Source of the DNA: a virus
Length of the DNA: 64,000 nucleotides
Reading direction: 5' to 3' (one strand)
IMG/VR virus record: IMGVR_UViG_3300042373_001362
Span: 1-64,000 of that record
A program made the position numbers and the translations under genes. How positions within the stretch are numbered: the stretch's first letter is position 1; every line of letters starts with the position of its first letter. Below the pieces are notes generated by a model. That model did not search any database and had not been told where the DNA came from. It saw only the letters and a program-made list of their open reading frames with translations. Positions 33,793 to 43,674 of the stretch are shown piece by piece.

Positions 33793-36700
33793 TAGATTCT
33801 CTCTCTTATTCTCTGCTCAGTAGTCTTTATCTTTGCCATTACCATGTTTGCTATCTCTTCAGGGTTGTTTTGTCCACCGTTTATATGGAAAGTAAACGAA
33901 TTTCCTCCTGATGTAACAGTAGCCTGAGTTGCTACACCCATTTGGTTAGAAGCTGGAGTCAATGTGTCGCCAAGTGCGCCTGGCCCTGGAACTGCATGAA
34001 GATGTCTACCCGCTCCACTTCCATGGAATTCGGCAAACCCACCAGCATTACGTGTTGCCACGGCGTAGGAACCAAGGTTTTGACCAACAAGGTCGATTGC
34101 CCTACCCGTTACATGGTCAGAGTTGAGTGAACCAAGACCATATGTTCTATACGAAGAGGTGATTGACCTCTTCCCAGGAATAGAGCTGTTAATAGCCTTG
34201 TGCCTATCCATTGTTTGGCTAAGTCGTGAAGAAGTGGTATCACCGACAACGCCACCACGAGGGGTTGTCGTGTCCGTCTGCATTATTTCTTTCATTGCTT
34301 CTTTTGACCACCACTCAGGTTTGGCTGCTTCTGGACCAAAAGCGGTACTCATATCTCTACTGAATTTTTCAACGGCCTCTTTAAACGTTGTTGATGCTGT
34401 TTTCATTTCTTTTGCAACAGCGTTTGTTTGGTCAGTATCTTGAGCACGAACTATAAGGCCAGCGTTTGTAACCCCATAATTAGCGAACTGTTGATTGAGA
34501 AGCATTCCCTGATAGTGTGCTTTGCTCTTGGCTCCTTTAGAGGTGTACAATTTCTTTGCTTCTGCGTCCGTCATGTTTGCAAACGGGTCCGTTATTTGGA
34601 AAATTCCACTTTCAACGTCGCTTAGGAATCTTTCTCTATTTTCAGCACTCATTTTAGAAATTGCTTCGTTCATCTTTGTAGTGTTGCCGTACCTCCCCAT
34701 TCCGCCAAGCATTCCCTGCACTTGAGCGCTAGCGTTGGATATGAGTCCTTTTTCGGTTTCTGTAGATGTTTTAGTGAGAGCCTCAGTAACTTCCGGTGTA
34801 AAAAAATCAGCTGGGTTAATATCAGCAAATGCGCCACCTGGCTTAAAAAGGTCACCAGGGTTAGCAAGTGTGCCTATCTGTCTCTGTTGGGCATAAAAAT
34901 CCGTTATCGGGTTGTCTGTCATTCCTATGGATGACTCTTGAAATGCCCTTAAAGCATTGAGTACAGATAATGTGTCTCCTCCACCCCTAATGGTGTCACC
35001 AAGCGCCGTACCTCTTTCGTCATATATTTCGGGCGCTTGAACTCTTTTTATTATTTCGTCAAAACCAGTAGCTATAGCAGAAAGCGATACGTCTATATTG
35101 GCCTCTTTCATTTCTTTTGCAGTTTTAACCATTGTTAAGCCAAGTTTTTCAACTATGTCAGAAGTCTTGAGTGTCGCGTCGTATAGGTCTACACCCATCT
35201 TCTTGGCAAGAACTTCTATTTCTGCTCCAGACTTTCCGCTCATGTCTTTGAGCAGCTCCATGCGTGCACCTTGCTGCTTGCTGATTGTGTCTGCTGCTTT
35301 AAGCCTTTCAGGAAGCTCTTTAGAAAGCTTTGTAAGTCCAGCGCCTTTGTCTTTGCTTATGGCTGCCATTTCTTCGGGCGTAATAATTCCTTTAAAGGCT
35401 GGGTCTTCGCTTATTTCTTTGAGTATCTTGTAATCTTTTTCTTGTTTTTTCTTTCTTTCACCTCTACCAAAAAGACCTTTTGTTAAACCTGTAATTCCTC
35501 CCACGACTCCACCGAGAACTGCACCAATACTTCCAAAGGTAGCTGCTGTTACTAAAGAGCCGATAGGTCCGCCGACGCTTCCCGCTATCGCGCCAGTCGC
35601 GACTCCAAGTCCTCCGCCTATTGCTGCGCCAGTACCCATGCCGCCCTTGGTTTGCTCCCATGTCGACTTTCCGTAGTCTCCGCTAAATCCTCGCTCTTTT
35701 AGTGCTTTGCTGAGGTTTCCGTAAGCTGCAGCAGTTTCTCCAGCTATCCCTTCATATGCTCCCGTGCGCCCAGTCATATCTACACCTGCAGCTGCATCTG
35801 CCTCTTGTCGAAGTACTTTGTCTTTGGCATTCATGATTTGACGAGTAGCTATGCCATCAAGAAATGAGCCCATCGCTTCTTTTGATTCTTTTGCTCTTTG
35901 TCTCATTCCTCCAGCAAAACCAGCAACTGCTCCAGTTATCGCACCAAGAGCTGCACCTACAGCAGTACCAATTCCTGGGGCAATCATTGTTCCAATTGCT
36001 GCACCCGCACCAGCACCGGTCATTGCTCCGCCTGCTGCCGTTCTAGAGTTAAGTGCTGCTCCACCGAGACCAACAGCAAGACCGGCTAGTGGGTTGAATT
36101 GACCAACCATTGCACCCATAGCCATTGCCCCCTGTGCTTCTGGTGCCATGTACTGAGACGCAACTCCCATGCCTAGGCCAACGCCCATTTTTGCACCCAT
36201 GCTTCTGTTAACTCCGCTAATACCTTTTTCATCGTTACCGAGAATTGCGGAACCAAGGGCGCTGTTTCTGCGTGAGCGTGAAGTGAGGCCTGCATATTTA
36301 ATTTTGTTTCTAAAGGTTTGACCTTTTGTGTCTACAAAACCTGTTTGTGCGTCATATCTAGCGCCCACCGTGGCTATTCTTTGACCTGTAACCGGGTCTA
36401 TCTTTCTACTTAAATTAAGCACTTCACCAGTAGATTCATCTAGTGTCGCAAATCGACGGCCAGTAATTTTTCCTCTAAATAAATCTTGACCAACTCCTGT
36501 ATTACCCTGTGCTTGTTGTCTTGAGCCATCGAATATGCGACCCAAAAAGCCTCTGCGGCTGTACGCGCCTTGCGTTCCTGGTCCGCCAGCACCAGGAGGA
36601 GCTGTTCCTGGACCTCCAGGACCGGGCATGCCACCGCCACCACCTGCGCCACCACCTGTTGCGCCGCTAGAAAATCTCGCTGCGTCAATTGGGGAACTAG

Positions 36701-38903
36701 GGCCTGCTGGAGTCGAGTCGATAAACTGATAACCTCGTTGGACCATCATTATTGGTCTAGTGCTGCTTCCGGCAGTTGGTGCAGGCGGGTAAGGTGCTCC
36801 ACCCTGCCCTGTTCTTCCAACTTCTCCGGTACCCGGAGTTTTTGCAACAAAAGCTCCCGGATTCCAGTACCGTGTACCGTCTTTTTTGGTTACCCAGTTA
36901 CCTCTACCGACAAGCTTTGCGTCAGGGTTAGGGTAATCCTTGCCCCAGGTAATTGGCCTTCCACCCGCATCAACTTCTCCGGTGCGTGTATCTCCAGGCC
37001 ACCTACGTCCTCCATACAAGGGACTACCGTGCGGGTCATAAAGTGGTTTACCCCCTCTTCTTACGGTAACGGGGACGCCTGGTGGAATAGCTGGCGGTCT
37101 TTGTGGGCCGATAGGAACAGGTCCGGTGGGTATTGGTCTTGGTGGAGTCCCCGGTGGTGTTCCTGGTGGTGTTCCAGGTGGCGTTCCCGGTGGCCCGCCC
37201 GGTCCACTTGGTCCTACTGGTGGACCTCCAGGCCCTCCTGGTCTTCCACCATTAACAATAACGCTTCTAGCTGTTACGGTCATCGTATTTACTGGTGCGC
37301 GCTCTCTGCCCAAAAAACCACCAGTATTGCCCTTCATCTGACGGCCCAATATCAAGAGAGCCATATACGCCATTGGCCCTCCGAGAATGCTGCTGAATTT
37401 AGAAAGCAAGCCGGTCATCATTCCAACAACCTCGGTAATACCTTTAATTACATCGCTCAAAAATGGAAGAGCATCAGAAAATGCTTTAGTAAAAACATCC
37501 TGCAATTTAAATAGTTCTGTTATTAAAGAACCGAGGTTGTTGCCTATTTCTACAAATGTTTCTTTGTTACTGATGGCTCCTTCATTAAAATCTTTGAAAG
37601 AATCCAAAAATCCAGATTTCAATGCTGAAAGAATTGGTTTGAATATTCCTTCTACGGCCCTTGCGCCTTCAATAAAAGGCCTAAGCTCTTCTCTGGAATT
37701 TTTAAACCATCTAGAAAACTTCTCCCATCCGCCAGCCATGTTTTTGAAAAATCCATCAGTCTTTGGAAGCCACTCGCGAATAAGCTTTACAAAGAAGTTT
37801 GACATTTTTTCGACTCCGCTTACTATTCCGTCGAAAAAAGAATCATTTCCAAAATCAGAAAGCGCCCCACTTACGCGAACAAGGTCTGTTCTAATAATCC
37901 TAAAAATCTTTTGCATTGCAACTTTGGCTGGCTCAAGAAACTGTTGACCAAAGTCTCCGAACTCAATTTTTAAAAGATTAAAAAATGATTTTGCCTGTCC
38001 AATGAGTGTCGAGTTAACAGCTTCAAATTGACCAGCAACTCCACCAGCCTTGGCGAGTTCGCCAGACATGATAAGTTCCTTCATCTGCTTCTTGCTGGTT
38101 ACTTTTGCATCTTTGAGCGCTTTTTCCATTTGTGGACCAAGCGCTTTTGCGGCTTGTTTAACGCTAGCCATGCTTGTCTTAGAGTTATTGAGAGCCTCAA
38201 TAAGAGCCCCAACTTTGTCAGCCGCCGCTGCTGGGTCTTGACCCGCTGCTCCAAAGTCCATGAGGTTCTTAATCATGGCTCCACTTTGTGCAATTTGCGA
38301 GGACTTCATCGACTTAGCCATTGATGCGTAAGCTTTGTTAAGTGCATCAACACCAAGGCCTGCCAGCTGAGCATCGGCTTGAAGGGTTCGCATTGCAACA
38401 CGAACCTGGTTTGTTCCTGTTATGTATTCCCCTGCTCCACCTGCCGTGTACGCATGCATTGCGGCTTGTTGTTCGCGAATAGCGGCAGTGGCAACTCCAA
38501 TTGCAATCGCTGCGCTTGCGGCCGCACCGGCCATGGCTGTCATGCCCCAGGAATAGGCTTTGTGCAACCACTTTCCTGCAATAAATAGAGCATGAATTCC
38601 CATTAAAGCAGCAGAAAATAAACCAAACTGAAGAAGCGTTGATTTAAGAGCAAGACCCAGGACTTTAGTTAGTCCTGTGCCCATCATTTTTATGCCCTTG
38701 TCTACAGAGTCGAACACTTTGCGTGTTGCCACGCTGGTGGTTACCAAGCTTTTTGATACAGTTGCTACCGACCTAGCACCACTGCTTAGCTTTTTTCCTT
38801 GCCTATCAAGCCTGTCGATGGCTTTGCTGAGAGTCCTGACTTCAAGAGCACCCTGAAGGGCACCCTTTACCTCAATATTGACTGTTGCTTCAGCCCTGGA
38901 CAC
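33792..38903 (-). CDS. tape measure protein with Pro/Gly-rich insert and C-terminal M15-like peptidase
   Basis: 1703 aa, Ala/Gly helical, GxxxG segments; SSYR...SDHVTGRAID...HLH at ~33990-34210. Confidence 0.88.
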   Translation of the reverse strand: MSRAEATVNIEVKGALQGALEVRTLSKAIDRLDRQGKKLSSGARSVATVSKSLVTTSVATRKVFDSVDKGIKMMGTGLTKVLGLALKSTLLQFGLFSAALMGIHALFIAGKWLHKAYSWGMTAMAGAAASAAIAIGVATAAIREQQAAMHAYTAGGAGEYITGTNQVRVAMRTLQADAQLAGLGVDALNKAYASMAKSMKSSQIAQSGAMIKNLMDFGAAGQDPAAAADKVGALIEALNNSKTSMASVKQAAKALGPQMEKALKDAKVTSKKQMKELIMSGELAKAGGVAGQFEAVNSTLIGQAKSFFNLLKIEFGDFGQQFLEPAKVAMQKIFRIIRTDLVRVSGALSDFGNDSFFDGIVSGVEKMSNFFVKLIREWLPKTDGFFKNMAGGWEKFSRWFKNSREELRPFIEGARAVEGIFKPILSALKSGFLDSFKDFNEGAISNKETFVEIGNNLGSLITELFKLQDVFTKAFSDALPFLSDVIKGITEVVGMMTGLLSKFSSILGGPMAYMALLILGRQMKGNTGGFLGRERAPVNTMTVTARSVIVNGGRPGGPGGPPVGPSGPGGPPGTPPGTPPGTPPGTPPRPIPTGPVPIGPQRPPAIPPGVPVTVRRGGKPLYDPHGSPLYGGRRWPGDTRTGEVDAGGRPITWGKDYPNPDAKLVGRGNWVTKKDGTRYWNPGAFVAKTPGTGEVGRTGQGGAPYPPAPTAGSSTRPIMMVQRGYQFIDSTPAGPSSPIDAARFSSGATGGGAGGGGGMPGPGGPGTAPPGAGGPGTQGAYSRRGFLGRIFDGSRQQAQGNTGVGQDLFRGKITGRRFATLDESTGEVLNLSRKIDPVTGQRIATVGARYDAQTGFVDTKGQTFRNKIKYAGLTSRSRRNSALGSAILGNDEKGISGVNRSMGAKMGVGLGMGVASQYMAPEAQGAMAMGAMVGQFNPLAGLAVGLGGAALNSRTAAGGAMTGAGAGAAIGTMIAPGIGTAVGAALGAITGAVAGFAGGMRQRAKESKEAMGSFLDGIATRQIMNAKDKVLRQEADAAAGVDMTGRTGAYEGIAGETAAAYGNLSKALKERGFSGDYGKSTWEQTKGGMGTGAAIGGGLGVATGAIAGSVGGPIGSLVTAATFGSIGAVLGGVVGGITGLTKGLFGRGERKKKQEKDYKILKEISEDPAFKGIITPEEMAAISKDKGAGLTKLSKELPERLKAADTISKQQGARMELLKDMSGKSGAEIEVLAKKMGVDLYDATLKTSDIVEKLGLTMVKTAKEMKEANIDVSLSAIATGFDEIIKRVQAPEIYDERGTALGDTIRGGGDTLSVLNALRAFQESSIGMTDNPITDFYAQQRQIGTLANPGDLFKPGGAFADINPADFFTPEVTEALTKTSTETEKGLISNASAQVQGMLGGMGRYGNTTKMNEAISKMSAENRERFLSDVESGIFQITDPFANMTDAEAKKLYTSKGAKSKAHYQGMLLNQQFANYGVTNAGLIVRAQDTDQTNAVAKEMKTASTTFKEAVEKFSRDMSTAFGPEAAKPEWWSKEAMKEIMQTDTTTPRGGVVGDTTSSRLSQTMDRHKAINSSIPGKRSITSSYRTYGLGSLNSDHVTGRAIDLVGQNLGSYAVATRNAGGFAEFHGSGAGRHLHAVPGPGALGDTLTPASNQMGVATQATVTSGGNSFTFHINGGQNNPEEIANMVMAKIKTTEQRIRERI

Positions 38904-38971
38904 GGTTAGACCTCACACGCTATCTGACGATTTTTTTTAGAAATCGCGTGAGTGTAGGAAGGGAACCTAGC

Positions 38972-39172
38972 TCATTGCCTAGATTTGCGTTCCTGCTCTT
39001 CGCGGTCGTTACTTATTACTTTAGCACAAGCAAGCCTTATGAGCCATTCAGTTTCTGTTGAATCCAGAAGCCTAATGGGGTCGGTTCCGAACAGTTCACC
39101 TAGTCTGGCCGCAGATATGACCAGAGGGTCTTCAACTAGTTCGTCGAAGACCCCTTCGTAGGGTCCTCTACG
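38972..39172 (-). CDS. tail assembly chaperone -1 frameshift extension
   Basis: Open -1 frame overlapping the TAC end (PYEGVFDELVEDPLVISAARLGELFGTDP...KSRQ*), no independent start or RBS. Confidence 0.65.
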   Translation of the reverse strand, partial: RRGPYEGVFDELVEDPLVISAARLGELFGTDPIRLLDSTETEWLIRLACAKVISNDREEQERKSRQ

Positions 39173-39675
39173 TCAACCGAGTCTGAATATCCTGCGGCGT
39201 CAAGGATTGAGAGAGCTGCTGCCTCGATGTGCGGGTCAACACCGAAAAACTCTTTAACGCAGTCTGGGAGTGGACGGGTTGTCCCTGTCATCTCCAAAAT
39301 AACTGCTGAAGCAAAAGTTAATTCGTGTCCAGCATCATCAAACACTTCTTCGTCATCGAAAAGTATTCCGATAGTCGTGTGGCCGATAACTGAACAAGCA
39401 AAACGTGTTCCGTCCATGCCGTTACGAGTATCTTCACCAGCTTGCTTACGCCAGTTCTTCATCTGGTTCTGTGTAATGTTCGGGCTAATCTTGATTTTTA
39501 CACCAGGACGCTCAGGAACAGGAATAAGAACAACAGGGCGTTCAACTTTGCGCTTAACAACGCCGGTCAGCTTTTGAAGTGGTGTTTCCTCTACGGAAGC
39601 AGCAGCTTTAGCCTGTCTGGCTTTCGGAGAAGAATCTTCTGTGGATGTTGTGTAGAGTTCAGAGTTTTCTGTCAT
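39136..39675 (-). CDS. tail assembly chaperone
   Basis: Between tube and tape measure; ends EDPT. Confidence 0.75.
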   Translation of the reverse strand: MTENSELYTTSTEDSSPKARQAKAAASVEETPLQKLTGVVKRKVERPVVLIPVPERPGVKIKISPNITQNQMKNWRKQAGEDTRNGMDGTRFACSVIGHTTIGILFDDEEVFDDAGHELTFASAVILEMTGTTRPLPDCVKEFFGVDPHIEAAALSILDAAGYSDSVDVEDPTKGSSTN

Positions 39676-39732
39676 GAGAGAAAACCTAGCACATCATTTA
39701 TGCTAGCGATGGAACTCAGTAAAGAAGATTTA

Positions 39733-40212
39733 TCAGCCAGCTGCGCCAGCGCCGGACTCAACGTCCGAGATGGCAAATGTTAGCGAGAAAGTTGCAGGTG
39801 CGCCCGAAGATGAGTCACCGTCTGGCTCGGTAATGCCAACCAGAAGGGCCTTGTAATAAACTCGGTCTGTGCCTGGAACCTTAAGGTCGCAGTCAGTCGT
39901 TTCGATGGTTATGTCATAAGAAGCGCGACCAACCAATGGACGAAGTGTTGCAATCTTTTCTGCAATTCCGGTAGGGCCGTCTGCTGCAATTCTGTCGTCA
40001 TCATAATGAGCGGTTAGGGTGATGTCGCCAACCTCAGATGGAGCGCAAAGAACTGTCGGGCGGAGCTTGCCACCTTCGTAGATTTTTTCTACAGATGCGG
40101 TTATTTCTCCACCAGAAACTTGGGCGAAATAGAAACCGGTCCATTTCGGGTGCTTTGTTGGCTCTACTGGATTAATAGAGGCGAGTACTTGGCGTTGAGA
40201 TACCTTTGGCAT
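39733..40212 (-). CDS. tail tube protein
   Basis: 159 aa after the sheath; FAQVSGGE, GDITLT. Confidence 0.8.
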   Translation of the reverse strand: MPKVSQRQVLASINPVEPTKHPKWTGFYFAQVSGGEITASVEKIYEGGKLRPTVLCAPSEVGDITLTAHYDDDRIAADGPTGIAEKIATLRPLVGRASYDITIETTDCDLKVPGTDRVYYKALLVGITEPDGDSSSGAPATFSLTFAISDVESGAGAAG

Positions 40213-40226
40213 GTTTATATCCTTCT

Positions 40227-41759
40227 TTAGACGACGCTGGAGGTCAGATTCGACTTAATGATGTCAACCTCAATCTTGTCACCGACGCTGCTGGTTCGAA
40301 CACCAACTTTTGCCTTGACAGTACCGCCAGCAAGCTGGGTTACCGGATTGAGAGCTGAGTCGCATCGTACGGTGTAGCCATTGTCAACCTTCTTGCCATT
40401 GGCATCAAATGCCTGGAAGAGAGCGCCCTGCTCACGGAGTGGAGCAAGGATGGCTATCAGTCTCGATGTGATTGCAGAGAAAATAGTGTCTCTACCGTCG
40501 ATTACACCGAACACAAGGTCTTCAAGTGACCTTTGTGACTCAACAACAATGTGGTTGATGATTTCTTGAGTTGTGATATAACGGAAGTTTTCTGTATCGA
40601 TAGAAAGCGAACGAGCACCGTAGATTCTGACAGAGTTTTGAATTATTCTAATTGCATTGATATTTTCAGAATCAAGAGAATCACCAACGGTCTTGTTGAT
40701 GTCCAATGCTGTTCCGGATACATATCGTGAGTTAGAAATCAAACCAGCTGCTGGAATATGTGCTCCACCCTGGTTGTGTGCCTGGGCACGCTTAGCAGCA
40801 ACGTAACCATCTGGTGGGATGGTCTTGCTAAGGCCATTGGTTGATGTTGGAACGGTAACCCATGGGAAGTAGATAGCTGCATGCTCAAGGCCCTCAAGGA
40901 GCTTGATGTCATCAGCCTTAGAAATTGCATTGGCAGCCGTATCAGCAACGCCACAGTGCAAGATTGCTATTCTGTTGTTTGCATTTGCGTGCGCAATAAG
41001 AGCAGCAGAAACTTCAAAGTCTGATTTAAGTGTTCCGTCGTAGTCTGTTGCTGGGCCTCCCGATGAGGCGAGGGTTGCTGTTTCTCCGTCTGGAATTGCA
41101 ACAGCTCCTGCACCAAGAGAGTCATTGAAGGCTTCAAGACCAGCAATCAAAACAGCATCGTCAACACCAGCAAGGTCATCGGAGCCTGTTGAAAGAGCTG
41201 TTAATGAAATTGCTGCCGGTATCTGGCTTACGCCAACTGCTCCTGCATCTGGGCCCAGTTCAGCAACTACATAACGTGAAGCGACACTGCTTGAGTTGAT
41301 TCGCCCAACAGCCTGTGCAAGAGATGTAACAACACCAGTGTTATATACAGGGTTGCCATCATATTCAATAATTACAGCGAATGCTGAACCTGGATTGGTA
41401 ACAGTCACGCCAACTTCGGCGCTCCAGTTTCCAGGACCAGTTGCTTTAAGGATAAGCAAAGAGTCTTCGTCTTCGTTTTCAAGAACAAGCTCTCCTACTG
41501 TGGCGTCTTCGCCAGCAACCCTGGAAACATAGACCTGGGTGCCACCCTCTTCAAAGAACGTCTCTACCGTTGGGTGAAGGTATGACCAGGCTACATAGCC
41601 GCCAAAAATGTTTTCAAATTCTGTGAGGCTCTGAACAAGAACTGCTTCACCTACTGGTCCGCGTTCTGCTAGTCCGACAACAAAAAGCTGCGAAGATTCG
41701 CGCACTGTCGCGGAAGATGGGCCTGTTCTGACTGCTGTGGAGATAACTACGCCTGGCAT
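40227..41759 (-). CDS. tail sheath protein
   Basis: MPGV, GLAERGP, FFEEGG, YFPWV, INAIR, YGARSL. Confidence 0.92.
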   Translation of the reverse strand: MPGVVISTAVRTGPSSATVRESSQLFVVGLAERGPVGEAVLVQSLTEFENIFGGYVAWSYLHPTVETFFEEGGTQVYVSRVAGEDATVGELVLENEDEDSLLILKATGPGNWSAEVGVTVTNPGSAFAVIIEYDGNPVYNTGVVTSLAQAVGRINSSSVASRYVVAELGPDAGAVGVSQIPAAISLTALSTGSDDLAGVDDAVLIAGLEAFNDSLGAGAVAIPDGETATLASSGGPATDYDGTLKSDFEVSAALIAHANANNRIAILHCGVADTAANAISKADDIKLLEGLEHAAIYFPWVTVPTSTNGLSKTIPPDGYVAAKRAQAHNQGGAHIPAAGLISNSRYVSGTALDINKTVGDSLDSENINAIRIIQNSVRIYGARSLSIDTENFRYITTQEIINHIVVESQRSLEDLVFGVIDGRDTIFSAITSRLIAILAPLREQGALFQAFDANGKKVDNGYTVRCDSALNPVTQLAGGTVKAKVGVRTSSVGDKIEVDIIKSNLTSSVV

Positions 41760-41885
41760 AAGACCTTCCTATTGGTTATGTTGAGTGACAATGCCGCCAA
41801 CGATTTATATTGTACAGATGATTTGTTGTTGATTATTGCAACTGTTACAAAAGAATGCTGTACAAATAGAATACGGCAAAAAGGT

Positions 41886-42506
41886 CTACAAAACAGGAAG
41901 TGTTGACGCCGAATTGCCGGTTCCATCTATTTCTAGTTCAATGTTTGACACTGTTCCGATTGGCTTGCGTGAAACAACTTCATCTATCTCCATGTTGTAG
42001 CCGATGTAGGCTCCAGCCATGATTCTGTCGCCTTTTAGTAGTGTTAAATCCGAGAACTCTTCACGTATTGAGCCTTCGTCAATCATCGCTTTAAAAGAGT
42101 TTCTTTCGTCATAAGCTTTTAGACACGGATAGTCAAGGAGCGCTGAGCGCAAAACCGTCGTAAGCCTGTCTCTCATTATCGTGCACTCTTCAGAACCTTC
42201 TGTTCTGACCCAAACGTATGTACGCATTGAATAAGAAACGCGGTAAAGAGGGTCTCGTCCATCAAAGCCAATCCTGTTAAATGCCGTCGAAGATATTACG
42301 ACAGTTATAACGAGCGGCCATGTATCGATGGCAAACGGCTCGTATGTTGTAAAGCCTTCAGGGGTAGGGAGGGTTATGTCGTCAACATTCCATCCGTTAC
42401 GGTAGTCAATAATCCTGACAGGAATGTCGTTTGATAGGTAGTCCGTAACATACTGTTTGGCGAACTGGGCACCGTGCATTAATGGATATCCGGGTGGAGT
42501 TGTCAT
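41886..42506 (-). CDS. tail terminator / neck protein
   Basis: Position between the virion morphogenesis gene and the sheath. Confidence 0.55.
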   Translation of the reverse strand: MTTPPGYPLMHGAQFAKQYVTDYLSNDIPVRIIDYRNGWNVDDITLPTPEGFTTYEPFAIDTWPLVITVVISSTAFNRIGFDGRDPLYRVSYSMRTYVWVRTEGSEECTIMRDRLTTVLRSALLDYPCLKAYDERNSFKAMIDEGSIREEFSDLTLLKGDRIMAGAYIGYNMEIDEVVSRKPIGTVSNIELEIDGTGNSASTLPVL

Positions 42507-42985
42507 TATGCCGTAAGCCCTTCATTTCCTTCAACAATGTAATTGGCAAGCTTTTCAGCAAATTCATCAGCAAACGACTGAGGTATAAAGAGTATTTGTC
42601 TTTTAGGCATTTTTGATGTCCCATACTGATGAAATCCTGCGTATTTAACGCCAGTTCCAAAAGTAGCACTTAACCTATTTATTTCATTGACAGAAGGGTC
42701 GGAGAGTTCTGAGATGCTCCTAAATAGTTCCCCGCTACGAACAAGTGTTGGCCTTCCGGGGAGGTCTCTTGCTTTCCATGCCGCATATTCGGCATCAAGT
42801 GGTGACCATCCACCAACGGCAAGACCTTGAGATGTAAAGTTTTCTGCGAATGTTTTCTTTAATACCTGTTGAGCCCACCTAAAAACAGGCCGAGCATCAA
42901 TACATCTTTCGTTCACATCGTCGATAAGGTTTTGGACTTTTTCAACCCTTACCTCAACATCAATCCTTACTGGAGCCTTTGCCAT
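42506..42985 (-). CDS. virion morphogenesis / tail completion protein (Mu gpG-like)
   Basis: WSPL, LVRSGELFRSI, GTGVKYAGFHQYGT.KMPKR. Confidence 0.8.
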   Translation of the reverse strand: MAKAPVRIDVEVRVEKVQNLIDDVNERCIDARPVFRWAQQVLKKTFAENFTSQGLAVGGWSPLDAEYAAWKARDLPGRPTLVRSGELFRSISELSDPSVNEINRLSATFGTGVKYAGFHQYGTSKMPKRQILFIPQSFADEFAEKLANYIVEGNEGLTA

Positions 42986-42986
42986 T

Positions 42987-43634
42987 TTAAGACACTCTGC
43001 TTCGTCTGTACTTCCTTAAAGACATCAGTTCAGTGTCTAGAAATCCAGTAACAAGAGGACCGACGTTTCTTGTGGTCAAGTCTTTTAAGCCAACAACATC
43101 GTCGTGCATGTTTTGCATTTCTCTTGACGCAGCCCTGAGTATCAAAAGCTTAAACATGGGAATATTTGTTCCGTCGAGTCCTGCCGTATATGTGACGGTG
43201 ACAACATCTCCGTCCAGGGCATAGAAATAGTCGATACCAAACCTGCGAACAACATAGTCATGCTCAACGACCAAAGTTCTTGGTTCGCCGTAGAGCGGTT
43301 TAACCACTACTTCAGATACCTCTACAACTGGAGAGTTTCGTAAATAGATTGTGCTCGGTGGGGTCGCCCAGGTTGTGCTGTCAACCATGTTTGACTGAAC
43401 AAAAGAGTCCGTGTAGCTGTGGGGAGGGGCGCTCAAGAATGTACCCATAGGTACTCCGTGATACGTTCCTTCAACAGTGTGGTCTTCTTCAAATTCTTCT
43501 ACTTCAACTGGTCGACGGAGGTATGCCTCCATCTCGGACTGAAGTCCTGCAAGAATCATTTCTGCAGCATCCTGCTGGCGAAGCGTGAACTTCACGTCCA
43601 TATAGTTAACAAGGTCTGCTTGTGTGACTAGCAT
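42987..43634 (-). CDS. head-to-tail adaptor
   Basis: LVTQADL start, LRNSPV, VTVTYTAG, LRKYRR end. Confidence 0.75.
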   Translation of the reverse strand: MLVTQADLVNYMDVKFTLRQQDAAEMILAGLQSEMEAYLRRPVEVEEFEEDHTVEGTYHGVPMGTFLSAPPHSYTDSFVQSNMVDSTTWATPPSTIYLRNSPVVEVSEVVVKPLYGEPRTLVVEHDYVVRRFGIDYFYALDGDVVTVTYTAGLDGTNIPMFKLLILRAASREMQNMHDDVVGLKDLTTRNVGPLVTGFLDTELMSLRKYRRSRVS

Positions 43635-43674
43635 GTGTTACCTCCGTAAGGATGACAGGTCGACTATTTTCGAC

